25,129 bases of DNA from Fibrobacteria bacterium (GTDB lineage Bacteria; Fibrobacterota; Fibrobacteria; UBA11236). Below, one piece after another: positions 1 to 8,542 of this stretch. The stretch lies in the NCBI GenBank assembly GCA_050486505.1, contig JBJHDK010000034.1, positions 1 to 25,129 on the forward strand, read 5' to 3'. The notes under the pieces are model-generated. The model saw only the letters and a program-made list of their open reading frames with translations, had not been told where the DNA came from and ran no database searches. Each line of letters starts with the position of its first letter. Positions within the stretch are counted from its first letter, which is position 1. The translations under genes were made by a program, and so were the position numbers.

Positions 1-216
1 GTAGCGAGAAGTGCACGGGCAGATCGCGATCGCGATCGCTGGCGCCGCCACGCATTGTTGCTCTGGCTCTGGGTGCCCCCCGTCGCTCTCCTGCTGATCT
101 CCCTCGCTCAGCCGACATTCGTCGGGCGATACATCATCTCGTCGGTTCCAGCAGTAGCGATCGTGGTCGCACTGACGATCTCCCGCATCGAACTCGGCGT
201 CCTTCGGGCTGTCTTG
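1..216 (+). other. Fragment of a polytopic membrane protein (GT-C/mannosyltransferase-like), in frame with korA
   Basis: LLWLWVPPVALLLISLAQPTFVGRYIISSVPAVAIVVALTI: two hydrophobic helices around a P-x-F-x-x-RY loop, not part of soluble KorA. Confidence 0.55.
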
Positions 217-1773
217 GGGGGCATCCTCGTCGTCGACCTCGCGGGGTTCGGGGACAAGGATCTCGAAAAGGCGGAATACCATTCCAATCCCCTGCGCGAC
301 GGTTCGCTCACGGGATACCGCCTCATCGAGGTGGACATCACCGCGCAGACGGTGCGCGCCGTGGAACACACCGGGCTCAAGGGGCGCGCCGCAGAGCTGT
401 GCAAGAACTTCTTCACGCTGGGCATGATGTACTGGCTCTACGATCGTCCGGTGGAGCACACCCTGACGTGGATCCAGAAAAAATTCGGCCCCAAAACCAA
501 GTACGCCGAGAAGCCCGAGATCGCCACGGCCAACCAGGCCGCGCTGCTCGCGGGTTACAACTACGCCGAAACGGTGGAACTCTTCGCCAGCCACTATCGC
601 GTGCGCAAGGCCGAGCTGCCGCCAGGCAAATACCGCAAGATCTCCGGCAACGAGGCCACGGTGTTCGGCCTGATCGCCGCCGCGCAAAAGGCCGGTCGCG
701 AAATCATGTATGGCAGCTACCCCATCACGCCGGCGTCCGACGTGCTGCACGGCCTGTCGCGCCAGAAGCAGTTCGGCGTGCTGACCTTCCAGGCCGAGGA
801 TGAAATCGCCGCCATGGCCTCGACCGTGGGCGCGGCCTACGCCGGTGCGCTTGGCGTGACGGCCACCTCGGGACCGGGCATCTGCCTCAAGTCCGAAGCC
901 ATGAACCTCGCCGTGATGGCCGAGCTCCCCGTGGTCGTCATCGACGTGCAGCGCGGCGGCCCGAGCACCGGCTTGCCCACCAAGACCGAGCAATCGGACC
1001 TGCTGCTGAACCTTTACGGCCGCTCGGGCGACAGCCCGCTGCCCGTGATCGCCGCGAAGTCTCCCTCGGACTGCTTCACCATGGCCTACGAGGCCAGCCG
1101 CCTTGCGCTCAAGTACATGACGCCCGTGGTGCTGCTCACCGACGGCTATATCGCCAACGGATCGGAACCCTGGCCTGTTCCCGACCCGGAGAAGCTCCCC
1201 GAGGTTCCGGTGCGACTGGCCGAGTTCGAGCCCAACTTCCTGCCCTACGAACGCGACCCCGAGACGTTGGCGCGCCGCTGGGCGATCCCCGGCATGCCCG
1301 GGCTCGAACACCGCATCGGCGGCCTCGAGAAAGCCCGCCAAACCGGTCGCATCTCTTACGACCCCGACAACCACGACACCATGACCCGCGAGCGTGCGGC
1401 GAAGATCGCCGGTATCGCGAAGGACATCCCCGCGCAGGTGGTCGAGGGCGATCCCTCCGCCGACCTGCTCATCGTCTCGTGGGGCGGCACCTACGGGGCG
1501 GTCTCCACGGCGGTCGCCGACTGCAACCACGCGGGGGTCAAGGTTGCGCACGCCCACCTGCAATACATCAACCCCTTCCCCTCGAACCTGGGACAGATCC
1601 TGGGCTCATACAAGCAGGTCGTGGTGCCAGAGCTCAACATGGGTCAGCTCCGCCTCGTGCTCTCCGGAACCTACGGGATCGCGGCACAGGGGATCAATCT
1701 CGTGCGCGGCAAACCGTTCCGCGTCTCCTACCTCGTCGACAAGTTCGAACGCATCGTGAAGGCACTGTCATGA
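217..1773 (+). CDS. korA: 2-oxoacid:ferredoxin oxidoreductase alpha subunit, N-terminally incomplete (reading frame is open back to position 1, but bases before ~217 encode unrelated sequence)
   Basis: Motifs GSYPITPASD, QAEDEIAA, TATSGPG, VDVQRGGPSTGLPTKTEQSDL, HRIGGLEK, PELNMGQL; ATGA overlap with the beta subunit. Confidence 0.93.
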   Translation, partial: GGILVVDLAGFGDKDLEKAEYHSNPLRDGSLTGYRLIEVDITAQTVRAVEHTGLKGRAAELCKNFFTLGMMYWLYDRPVEHTLTWIQKKFGPKTKYAEKPEIATANQAALLAGYNYAETVELFASHYRVRKAELPPGKYRKISGNEATVFGLIAAAQKAGREIMYGSYPITPASDVLHGLSRQKQFGVLTFQAEDEIAAMASTVGAAYAGALGVTATSGPGICLKSEAMNLAVMAELPVVVIDVQRGGPSTGLPTKTEQSDLLLNLYGRSGDSPLPVIAAKSPSDCFTMAYEASRLALKYMTPVVLLTDGYIANGSEPWPVPDPEKLPEVPVRLAEFEPNFLPYERDPETLARRWAIPGMPGLEHRIGGLEKARQTGRISYDPDNHDTMTRERAAKIAGIAKDIPAQVVEGDPSADLLIVSWGGTYGAVSTAVADCNHAGVKVAHAHLQYINPFPSNLGQILGSYKQVVVPELNMGQLRLVLSGTYGIAAQGINLVRGKPFRVSYLVDKFERIVKALS

Positions 1774-2798
1774 CCACCGCCACACAAACTCCGGAAAACG
1801 TCGGTGCGGCGGCGCCGCTCACCCGCAAGGACTTCGCCTCGCCGGTCGCCATCCGCTGGTGCCCGGGCTGCGGCGACTATTCCATTCTCACCGCAGTGCA
1901 GGGCGTGCTCCCCACGCTCGGCATCCCCCGTGAAAAGTTCGTGTTCGTCTCGGGCATCGGCTGCTCCAGCCGTTTCCCCTATTACATGAACACCTACGGG
2001 TTCCACACCATCCACGGGCGCGCGCCCGCGATCGCCACCGGCGTCAAGCTCGCCAACCCCGAGTTGCAGGTGTGGGTCATCACCGGCGACGGCGATGCCC
2101 TCTCCATCGGCGGCAACCACTTCATCCACGCGCTGCGCCGCAACGTTGACCTGAAGATCATTCTCTTCAACAACCAGATCTACGGCCTCACCAAGGGACA
2201 ATACTCCCCCACCTCGAATGTCGGCACGGTGAGCCCCTCCACTCCGTTCGGCTCCGTCGATCTCCCCCTCTCTCCGCTCAGCCTCGCCCTCGGCGCGGGC
2301 GCGACCTTCGTTGCGCGCACTTCCGACAACGACGTGAAGCACATGACCGAGGTGTTCGCCGCCGCCGCCGCGCACAAGGGTTCTGCCCTCGTCGAGGTGC
2401 TGCAGAACTGCGTGATCTTCGCCGACAAGGTGCACGATCCCTACTACGGCCGCCAGGTGAAGCAGGACCAACTGCTCTACTTGCAGCACGGCGAACCGAT
2501 GCGCTTCGGAAAAGAGCTCGACAAGGGCATCGTCCTCAACGGGCTGAAGCTCGAGGCGAAGACCAACCCCGCCGACTCCGAAGTGCTCGTGCACGACTCG
2601 AAGGATGCAGAGGGTACCTTGCCCTTCATGCTCTCGCGCCTCGCGCACCCGACGCACCCCGTGCCCGTGGGCATCTTCCGCGACATCGAGCGCCCCGTGT
2701 TCAATCAGGACGCGCGCGCGCAGATGGAGAAGTCGAAGCAAAAATCCCCGCCCGACCTGGAGAAGCTGTTCAACTCCGGGAGCACCTGGAAGGTGTGA
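1770..2798 (+). CDS. korB: 2-oxoacid:ferredoxin oxidoreductase beta subunit
   Basis: WCPGCGD, SGIGCSSRFPYY, HTIHGRA, GDGD TPP-binding motif, NNQIYGLTKGQYSPT; ATG at 1770 overlaps the korA stop. Confidence 0.96.
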   Translation: MTTATQTPENVGAAAPLTRKDFASPVAIRWCPGCGDYSILTAVQGVLPTLGIPREKFVFVSGIGCSSRFPYYMNTYGFHTIHGRAPAIATGVKLANPELQVWVITGDGDALSIGGNHFIHALRRNVDLKIILFNNQIYGLTKGQYSPTSNVGTVSPSTPFGSVDLPLSPLSLALGAGATFVARTSDNDVKHMTEVFAAAAAHKGSALVEVLQNCVIFADKVHDPYYGRQVKQDQLLYLQHGEPMRFGKELDKGIVLNGLKLEAKTNPADSEVLVHDSKDAEGTLPFMLSRLAHPTHPVPVGIFRDIERPVFNQDARAQMEKSKQKSPPDLEKLFNSGSTWKV

Positions 2799-2811
2799 CC
2801 GCACAGAACCC

Positions 2812-2836
2812 GTAAGGGCGACCCGCCGGGTCGCCC
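2812..2836 (+). repeat. REP-like palindrome
   Basis: GTAA-GGGCGACCC-GCC-GGGTCGCCC, a 9-bp stem preceded by a GTAG-like tetranucleotide. Confidence 0.7.
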
Positions 2837-2858
2837 GGATGTGGAGGCTGACAGTCGC

Positions 2859-2890
2859 AGGGCGATCCGCAAGGGTCGCCTTTTTCTTTT
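2859..2890 (+). terminator. Rho-independent terminator of korAB
   Basis: GGCGATCC-GCAA-GGGTCGCC stem with GNRA loop, followed by TTTTTCTTTT. Confidence 0.85.
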
Positions 2891-2949
2891 GAAACTGGTA
2901 CCCCCCCAGAAACCCCTGAATTCCAGCGAAAACCCCCGTTTCGTGCAGC

Positions 2950-2979
2950 TTGATAAACTGCCCTGATGTGCAGTAACTT
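2950..2979 (+). promoter_or_regulatory. sigma70-type promoter with a LexA (SOS) box in the spacer
   Basis: -35 TTGATA (2950-2955), -10 TAACTT (2974-2979); TGCCC-TGAT-GTGCA (2959-2972) matches the TGCNC-N4-GTGCA box described for Fibrobacter succinogenes LexA; lies directly upstream of umuDC. Confidence 0.7.
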
Positions 2980-2985
2980 CCCGGC

Positions 2986-3363
2986 ATGCACCCGGCCTCT
3001 CCCCGCGGCTTCGCCGCCGTCGCCCGCGACCACGCCGAAGCCCCGCTCGACCTGCATCGCCTCATGGTGCAGCGCCCCGCCTCCACGTTTTTCATGAAGA
3101 TGCGGGGGGACGCGATGCGGCCATCCCTGCGCGAGGGGGACTTGCTGGTGGTCGATCGTTCCCTGGACCCGCGCCCGGGTCGGCTGGTGGTCGCCGCCGT
3201 GGACGGCTCCTTCATCGTGCGGCGCTGGGAGCGCGCGGGCAAGGAGGCAGTGCTGCGCGCCGAAAATCCGAAGCATCCACCGCTGCACGTCAGCGACTGC
3301 GAAGACTTCCGGTTGTTCGGGGTGGTGACGTGGGTAACCAGGGACATGGGAACCCCCCCGTGA
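2986..3363 (+). CDS. umuD: UmuD-like S24-fold Pol V accessory subunit, catalytic residues substituted
   Basis: GF..A.D....LDL, P.STFF, GDAM, EGDLLVVDRS, VVAAVDG.F.V, L.AEN, FGVVT; adjacent to umuC. Confidence 0.85.
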   Translation: MHPASPRGFAAVARDHAEAPLDLHRLMVQRPASTFFMKMRGDAMRPSLREGDLLVVDRSLDPRPGRLVVAAVDGSFIVRRWERAGKEAVLRAENPKHPPLHVSDCEDFRLFGVVTWVTRDMGTPP

Positions 3364-3378
3364 TACCCTGCGGTCAGC

Positions 3379-3404
3379 AGGGGCGACGCATGCGTCGCCC
3401 CTAC
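3379..3404 (-). repeat. GTAG-type REP palindrome
   Basis: Minus strand GTAGGGGCGACGCATGCGTCGCCCCT; perfect 24-bp palindrome at 3379-3402. Confidence 0.8.
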
Positions 3405-3417
3405 GGGAGGGTTTCCC

Positions 3418-4689
3418 ATGTTCGCCCTCATCGACTGTAACGCATTCTTCGTGAGTTGCGAGCGCGTGTTCAATCCTGCGCTGGCGACGCGGCCCGTGGT
3501 GGTGCTGTCGAACAACGACGGCTGCGCGGTGTCGCGCTCGGACGAGGCAAAGGCTCTGGGCGTGGCGATGGGGCAGCCGTACCACGAGTTTCGCGACCTC
3601 GCGCGGCGGCACGGCATCGCATGCCTGTCGTCGAACTTCGAACTCTACGCCGACATGTCGCAGCGGGTGATGTCGCTGTTCGACCGCTGGTCACCCGAGG
3701 TCGAGGTGTACAGCATCGACGAGGCGTTTCTCCGTTTCCCGAACGACATCCCGCCGCACCGGCTGCGCGCGATTGCGGAAGACATCCGCGCGACGGTGCC
3801 GCGCTGGACGGGCATTCCCGTGTCGGTGGGCACGGCTTCGACCAAGACGCTGGCGAAGGCAGCCAACGATATCGCGAAGCGCGACGAGCGCGAGGGACGC
3901 GACCGGTCCGGTGTGCGCGTGCTGCCCGATGCGGGGGTTCCCATGCTGCTGGCGGGGCTCAAGACGGGCGACATCTGGGGCATCGGGCGCAAGCTGACGA
4001 AGCGACTGGAAGCGCACGGGATCCGCACGGCCCTCGCGTTGCGCGACGCGCCGCGCGACTGGGTGCGGCAGCATTACGGCATCACGGTGGAACGCACCGT
4101 GCGCGAGTTGCGCGGCGTGTCGTGCCTGCCGCTCAACGCGCACCCGGAGGACCAGAAGAACATGACGCATTCGCGTTCCTTCGCGCGGCCGTTGACGGAT
4201 CGGGATGCGGTGCGCGCTGCGGTGCGGAACCACGCGGAGCGGGTTTCCGCCAACCTGCGCCGCGAGGGACTCGTCGCCCAGGCCGTCTGCGTGCATCTCT
4301 CCACCGACTGGCACAAGCGCGATGCGCCGCAGCACCACGGCGTGCGGGTCCTGGAACTGGCCGTGCCGTCGCACTTCACCCCGGAGATCGTCACCCGCGC
4401 GCTGCAGGCGTTCGACGGCGCCTTTCGTCCGGGGTTCGCGTACAAGAAGGCGGGGGTCACGCTGCTGAACCTGCTGCGTCCGGGGGAAGCGCAGGGGGAT
4501 ATCTTCGATGCGGTCGATCGCCCGCGCGCGGCGCGGTTGATGGCGGCGCTCGACGGCGTGCAGGCGCGCCACGGTTCGGGAAGCCTGCGTTACGGCATCG
4601 ACGGCGCACGCGGCGCGTGGGAATCACGGCGCGACAACCGCTCGCCGCGGTTCACAACGCGGTGGGAGGAGGTTGCGGGGGTGGGGTGA
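3418..4689 (+). CDS. umuC: Y-family DNA polymerase V subunit UmuC
   Basis: [49 protein letters not shown]-terminal SPRFTTRW; Shine-Dalgarno GGGAGG. Confidence 0.96.
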   Translation: MFALIDCNAFFVSCERVFNPALATRPVVVLSNNDGCAVSRSDEAKALGVAMGQPYHEFRDLARRHGIACLSSNFELYADMSQRVMSLFDRWSPEVEVYSIDEAFLRFPNDIPPHRLRAIAEDIRATVPRWTGIPVSVGTASTKTLAKAANDIAKRDEREGRDRSGVRVLPDAGVPMLLAGLKTGDIWGIGRKLTKRLEAHGIRTALALRDAPRDWVRQHYGITVERTVRELRGVSCLPLNAHPEDQKNMTHSRSFARPLTDRDAVRAAVRNHAERVSANLRREGLVAQAVCVHLSTDWHKRDAPQHHGVRVLELAVPSHFTPEIVTRALQAFDGAFRPGFAYKKAGVTLLNLLRPGEAQGDIFDAVDRPRAARLMAALDGVQARHGSGSLRYGIDGARGAWESRRDNRSPRFTTRWEEVAGVG

Positions 4690-4696
4690 GGAGCCC

Positions 4697-4770
4697 CACG
4701 CCGGCCTGGACTCGAACCAGGGACCGACGGTTTAGAAAACCGTTGCTCTATCCAGCTGAGCTACCGGCGC
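4697..4770 (-). tRNA. tRNA-Arg (anticodon TCT), CCA not encoded
   Basis: GCGCCGG-TA-GCTCAGCTGGATAGAGC-A-ACGGT-TTTCTAA-ACCGT-CGGTC-CCTGG-TTCGAGT-CCAGG-CCGGCGT-G folds as a full cloverleaf. Confidence 0.97.
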
Positions 4771-4900
4771 AGGGAGGCACGCAAGTTAGAAACCGGACGC
4801 GCGCCCCCTCCACCGCCGGGATCGCACGGAACACCCCCCGCTCATCTTGCTACTTTTGCCCCATCCCGGAACGGTTCCGGACATTCAGGAGTCTCAAAAA

Positions 4901-5188
4901 ATGGGGTTTGGCACCATGGATCTGCTTTTTCTGCTGGGCATGATTTTGATCATGTACTTCCTGTTCTTTCTTCCCCAGCGTAACAAGCAAAAAGCGCTGA
5001 CCAAGATGCTCGCCGCCCTCAAAAAGGGCGACAAGGTCATCACCAACGGCGGCATGCGCGGCGAGGTCATCGCCATCAACGGCGGGGTCGTCACCCTGAA
5101 GTTCCACGACAACGTCCGCATCGACTTCGACAAAAGCGCCGTCGCCCAGGTGATCGACACCGACACCTCCCGGGACGACGCGAGGTAA
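4901..5188 (+). CDS. yajC: Preprotein translocase subunit YajC
   Basis: TM helix, MYFLFFLPQ.K.QK, LKKGDKVITNGG..G; Shine-Dalgarno AGGAG at 4887-4891. Confidence 0.93.
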   Translation: MGFGTMDLLFLLGMILIMYFLFFLPQRNKQKALTKMLAALKKGDKVITNGGMRGEVIAINGGVVTLKFHDNVRIDFDKSAVAQVIDTDTSRDDAR

Positions 5189-5192
5189 GCAC

Positions 5193-5705
5193 GTGTCCGA
5201 CCTGTCCATCTACACCTACGGCAGCAAGGTCCTGCGCAAGCGCGCCGAGGAGGTCAAGGACGTCAGTCCCGCCCTCAAGCGCCTCGCCGACGACATGCTC
5301 GAGGCCATGTACCATGCCGAGGGCATCGGACTGGCCGCGCCGCAGGTGGGCGAGTCGGTGCGCCTGTTCGTGCTCGACGTCGCGCGCGAGGGCGAGAAGA
5401 AGAACCCCATGGTGTTCTTCAACCCGCAGATCATCGACCCGCGCGGTAAATCCGTCGCCGAGGAAGGCTGCCTCTCCATCCCCGAAGTGTGGGCCGAGGT
5501 GGTGCGCCCCGAGGTGATCACCGTGCGCGCGCTCGACCGCGAAGGCAAACCCTTCGAGCTTCCCGGCATCGACGGCCTGCTCGCACGCTGCATCCAGCAC
5601 GAGAACGACCACCTCGAAGGCGTGCTCTTCACCGACAAGATCTCTGCCACCGACCGCTTGCTCAACGACAGCCGCCTCAAGAAGATGGCCCGTGCCGTTC
5701 GGTAA
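5193..5705 (+). CDS. def: Peptide deformylase
   Basis: GIGLAAPQVG, EGCLS, QHENDHLEG motifs. Confidence 0.97.
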   Translation: MSDLSIYTYGSKVLRKRAEEVKDVSPALKRLADDMLEAMYHAEGIGLAAPQVGESVRLFVLDVAREGEKKNPMVFFNPQIIDPRGKSVAEEGCLSIPEVWAEVVRPEVITVRALDREGKPFELPGIDGLLARCIQHENDHLEGVLFTDKISATDRLLNDSRLKKMARAVR

Positions 5706-7146
5706 GGCTCGCCCCGTGACCGCGCGCGCCGCGACGCTTTTTCTTCCCCTGTTCGCGGCGCTCCTCCTAACCGGGGAAACCGCCGGCGAACCCCGGGCCC
5801 CCACACCTGAAAACATTCTTCGCCTCACCGGAGGCGTGCCCCCGCAGCGCATCCCCTTCCCCGAGGTGTGGGATCCCGACCCGCTGCGCTTCCCCTACAG
5901 CGCCGACCCCTCGCTCTACCTTCCCCCGGCGCCCCTTCCCGACCGTCCCCCCGTCCGCTGGGGCGCGTTCACGCCGCCCGCCGGCATCGGCCGCGACATC
6001 CGCGTGCTCGTCGCGCCGCAAACCCGTGTCGTCCGCATCGACGCCGGGGCGGGCGCCGACGTGCAATGGCGCATGCCCGACGGCCGTGTGCAGCGCGCCG
6101 CGTCGCTGGCCGGGGAACTGCGCGTCGAACGCATCGACAACCGCCTCGTCATCATCCCCGCCACGGGTGCCCGCGTCAACGGCGGATCGGCCACGGCATT
6201 GCGCCTGTCTCCGCTCAACGCCGAAAACCCGGTCAGCCTCAACGGAAGGACATGGCGGGGGGCGATCGAAATCCATGCCGAGGGAGGGGGACTCATCGCG
6301 GTCAACACCTTGCCGATGGAAGACTACCTGCGCGGCGTGGTGCCCCTCGAGATGGGCCGCCACGACGAAACCCGCATGGAGGCGCTCAAGGCCCAGGCCG
6401 TAACCGCGCGCACCTACGCGCTCAAGCGCGCGCTCGACCGCACCCACGCCATCTTCGACGTGCACGCCTCGGTGCAGGACCAGGTCTACGGCGGAGCCTC
6501 GGCCGAGCACGCCATGAGCGACCGCGCCATCCGCGAGACCGCCGGCGTGGTGCTGCTGCACGGCGACTCGCTGGCGCACACCTACTACCACAGCACCTGC
6601 GGTGGCGTCACCGCCAGCCGCCACGAGGTCTGGGGCGGCGAGCCTATCCCCTACCTCGTCTCCGCCCCCGACACCGACGCCGAGGGACGCGTCTGGTGCC
6701 GCGCCTCGCGCTACATGGACTGGACGCAGACCTGGGACGCCGCCGCGCTGGCGAACATCGTGCGCGCCAACCTCCGATCGGCGGGTGTGCAGAACGGTCC
6801 CGACTTCCGCGCCATCCGGGGGTTCAACGTGCGCGACCGCTACTCCGACGACCGCATCCGCCTCCTCGAGGTCGTCACCGACCGCGGCGTCATCGAGCTG
6901 CGCGGCGACAAGACGCGCTGGGCCCTCAAGCCCGCGCCCGGCACCGGACGCATCCTCGAAAGCGCGCGCTTCGACATCGACATCAACGCCGGGCGCGTCA
7001 CCGCGCGCGGCAACGGCTTCGGGCACGGCATCGGCATGTGTCAAATGGGAGCCCTGGCGCGCGCGCAGGCCGGGGAAGACTTCGTGCAAATCCTCACGGC
7101 GTATTACCCCGGCACGGTGCCGGGGCGGCTCAACCTGCCGCGCTGA
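5692..7146 (+). CDS. SpoIID/LytB-domain peptidoglycan lytic protein (start may be GTG at 5716)
   Basis: Signal-like N terminus; VN.LPMEDYLRGVVPLEM, EALKAQAVTARTYA, DQVYGG, YYHSTCGG, G.GFGHGIGMCQ.GA, IL.AYYPG. Confidence 0.93.
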   Translation: MPFGKARPVTARAATLFLPLFAALLLTGETAGEPRAPTPENILRLTGGVPPQRIPFPEVWDPDPLRFPYSADPSLYLPPAPLPDRPPVRWGAFTPPAGIGRDIRVLVAPQTRVVRIDAGAGADVQWRMPDGRVQRAASLAGELRVERIDNRLVIIPATGARVNGGSATALRLSPLNAENPVSLNGRTWRGAIEIHAEGGGLIAVNTLPMEDYLRGVVPLEMGRHDETRMEALKAQAVTARTYALKRALDRTHAIFDVHASVQDQVYGGASAEHAMSDRAIRETAGVVLLHGDSLAHTYYHSTCGGVTASRHEVWGGEPIPYLVSAPDTDAEGRVWCRASRYMDWTQTWDAAALANIVRANLRSAGVQNGPDFRAIRGFNVRDRYSDDRIRLLEVVTDRGVIELRGDKTRWALKPAPGTGRILESARFDIDINAGRVTARGNGFGHGIGMCQMGALARAQAGEDFVQILTAYYPGTVPGRLNLPR

Positions 7147-7155
7147 TCCGGGAAC

Positions 7156-7854
7156 TCAGGCCAGGTCGAACACCAACACCTCGGAATCCTCCGAGGCCTT
7201 GAGGCGGACCTCCGCTTCCTCCGACAACGCGGCGCCATCGCTGGTCGCCAGCGCTGTTCCCTGATTCAGCGTCAGGGAACCCGAAACGACCTGCGCCCAG
7301 GCGTGCCGGCCCGCCGCGATCGGCATTGCAGCCTCCTCGCCCGCCTTCAGGAAAATCCGGTACCACTTGGCATCTTGCGCGATGTCGTGGCTGCCGCCTT
7401 CGCCGCCGGGCGAGGCCAGCAACTGAAAGCGACCGCGAGCGCCCGCGGGATCGAACGTCTTGTCGGCATAGGCGGGCGCCAGGCCGGCACGGTCGGGCAG
7501 GAGCCAGATCTGGTAGAAGTGCACCGTCCCCTTGCCGCCGTTTTCCTCGCTGTGGCGGATCCCCGTGCCGGCACGCATGTGCTGCACGCGGTCGCGCTCG
7601 AGGATGTCGCCGTTCCCCAGCGAGTCCCCGTGCCGCAGCTTCCCCTCGAGCACATAGGTCAAGATCTCCATGTCGCGGTGTCCGTGTTCACCGAACCCCT
7701 CTCCCTCGCGCACGAAATCTTCGTTCATCACGCGCAGCGATCGAAATCCCATGTGCGCGGGATCCTGGTACCCCGCGAACGAAAACGTGTGCGACGTATC
7801 GAGCCAACCATGATCGAAATGGCCGCGCTCGGCGGCCTTGCGAACCTTGATCAT
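7156..7854 (-). CDS. Pirin family protein (YhhW-like)
   Basis: RGHFDHGWL..HTFSFA.Y.DP..MGF..LRV.NED, H.H.DMEI.TYV..G...H.DS.GN, M.AGTGI.HSE, QIW. Confidence 0.95.
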   Translation of the reverse strand: MIKVRKAAERGHFDHGWLDTSHTFSFAGYQDPAHMGFRSLRVMNEDFVREGEGFGEHGHRDMEILTYVLEGKLRHGDSLGNGDILERDRVQHMRAGTGIRHSEENGGKGTVHFYQIWLLPDRAGLAPAYADKTFDPAGARGRFQLLASPGGEGGSHDIAQDAKWYRIFLKAGEEAAMPIAAGRHAWAQVVSGSLTLNQGTALATSDGAALSEEAEVRLKASEDSEVLVFDLA

Positions 7855-8336
7855 TTGCCTTCTCCTTCCGCCAGATGTTCCCTCACGCGCTTGAGGTCCT
7901 CGAGCATGCGGCCCACCGTCTCTTCCCCGAGGAATCCCAGTTGCCGCGTGTGCGTCGCGAGCAACGGCGCCTCCAGTTCATCGAGCAGGGCCAGCCCGTC
8001 GCCGGTGATGCGCGTGAACACCACGCGACGATCAACCGGACCGCGGCCGCGCTCCGCGAGCCCGCGCTGCCCCAGCCGATCGAGCAGGCGCGTCACGTCG
8101 GGGTCGCGCGTCACCATCCGGGCGGCGATCTCGCCGCAGGGCAACCCCTCGGGACCCGCGCCGCGCAGGATGCGCAACACATTGTATTGCGCGGGGGACA
8201 GTCCCCGTTCTTTCAGCAGGTTGAACACCGTGCGCCCCAGCAGGTCCGTCGTGCGGATCAGGCTCAGGTATAGTTCTTCCCCGGGGTGCGCGAACGGCTT
8301 GCTCTGCCGCAGTTCGCTTTGCATGTCGTGTTCCAT
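7851..8336 (-). CDS. MarR family transcriptional regulator
   Basis: GLS.AQYNVLRILRGA, PDVTRLLDRL, DRRV...IT..G; ATGA overlap with pirin. Confidence 0.93.
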   Translation of the reverse strand: MEHDMQSELRQSKPFAHPGEELYLSLIRTTDLLGRTVFNLLKERGLSPAQYNVLRILRGAGPEGLPCGEIAARMVTRDPDVTRLLDRLGQRGLAERGRGPVDRRVVFTRITGDGLALLDELEAPLLATHTRQLGFLGEETVGRMLEDLKRVREHLAEGEGK

Positions 8337-8346
8337 GACAAAAATC

Positions 8347-8364
8347 TATTCGTTTCAACGAATA
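8347..8364. promoter_or_regulatory. Putative MarR operator
   Basis: Inverted repeat TATTCGTT-TC-AACGAATA, 10 bp upstream of the marR start. Confidence 0.7.
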
Positions 8365-8476
8365 AATGCAACCGGAAACGGTCACATCCACCCCGGGTGA
8401 CGTTTCCAGGCCGTGGCGGTGTCGTACTCCGACGAACTGAAACGGAACGGCATTCAAAAAAAACCGGATTCCCCCC

Positions 8477-8534
8477 TTGACGGAGGAAAAACGCGCAGCC
8501 TAAATTGGAAACCCTTAAGTAAAAAAAAGTTTCC
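8477..8534 (+). promoter_or_regulatory. Promoter and putative TetR operator of the efflux operon
   Basis: -35 TTGACG (8477), -10 TAAATT (8501), then GGAAAC-N16-GTTTCC (8507-8534). Confidence 0.55.
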
Positions 8535-8542
8535 TAATACAA

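Noticed and set aside
21..38. (GATCGC)x3
   Set aside because: Short coding microsatellite (DRDRDR) within the suspect 5' fragment
2890..4696. umuDC as an intact integrated element
   Set aside because: No integrase, no visible duplicate of the tRNA 3' end, no obvious compositional shift
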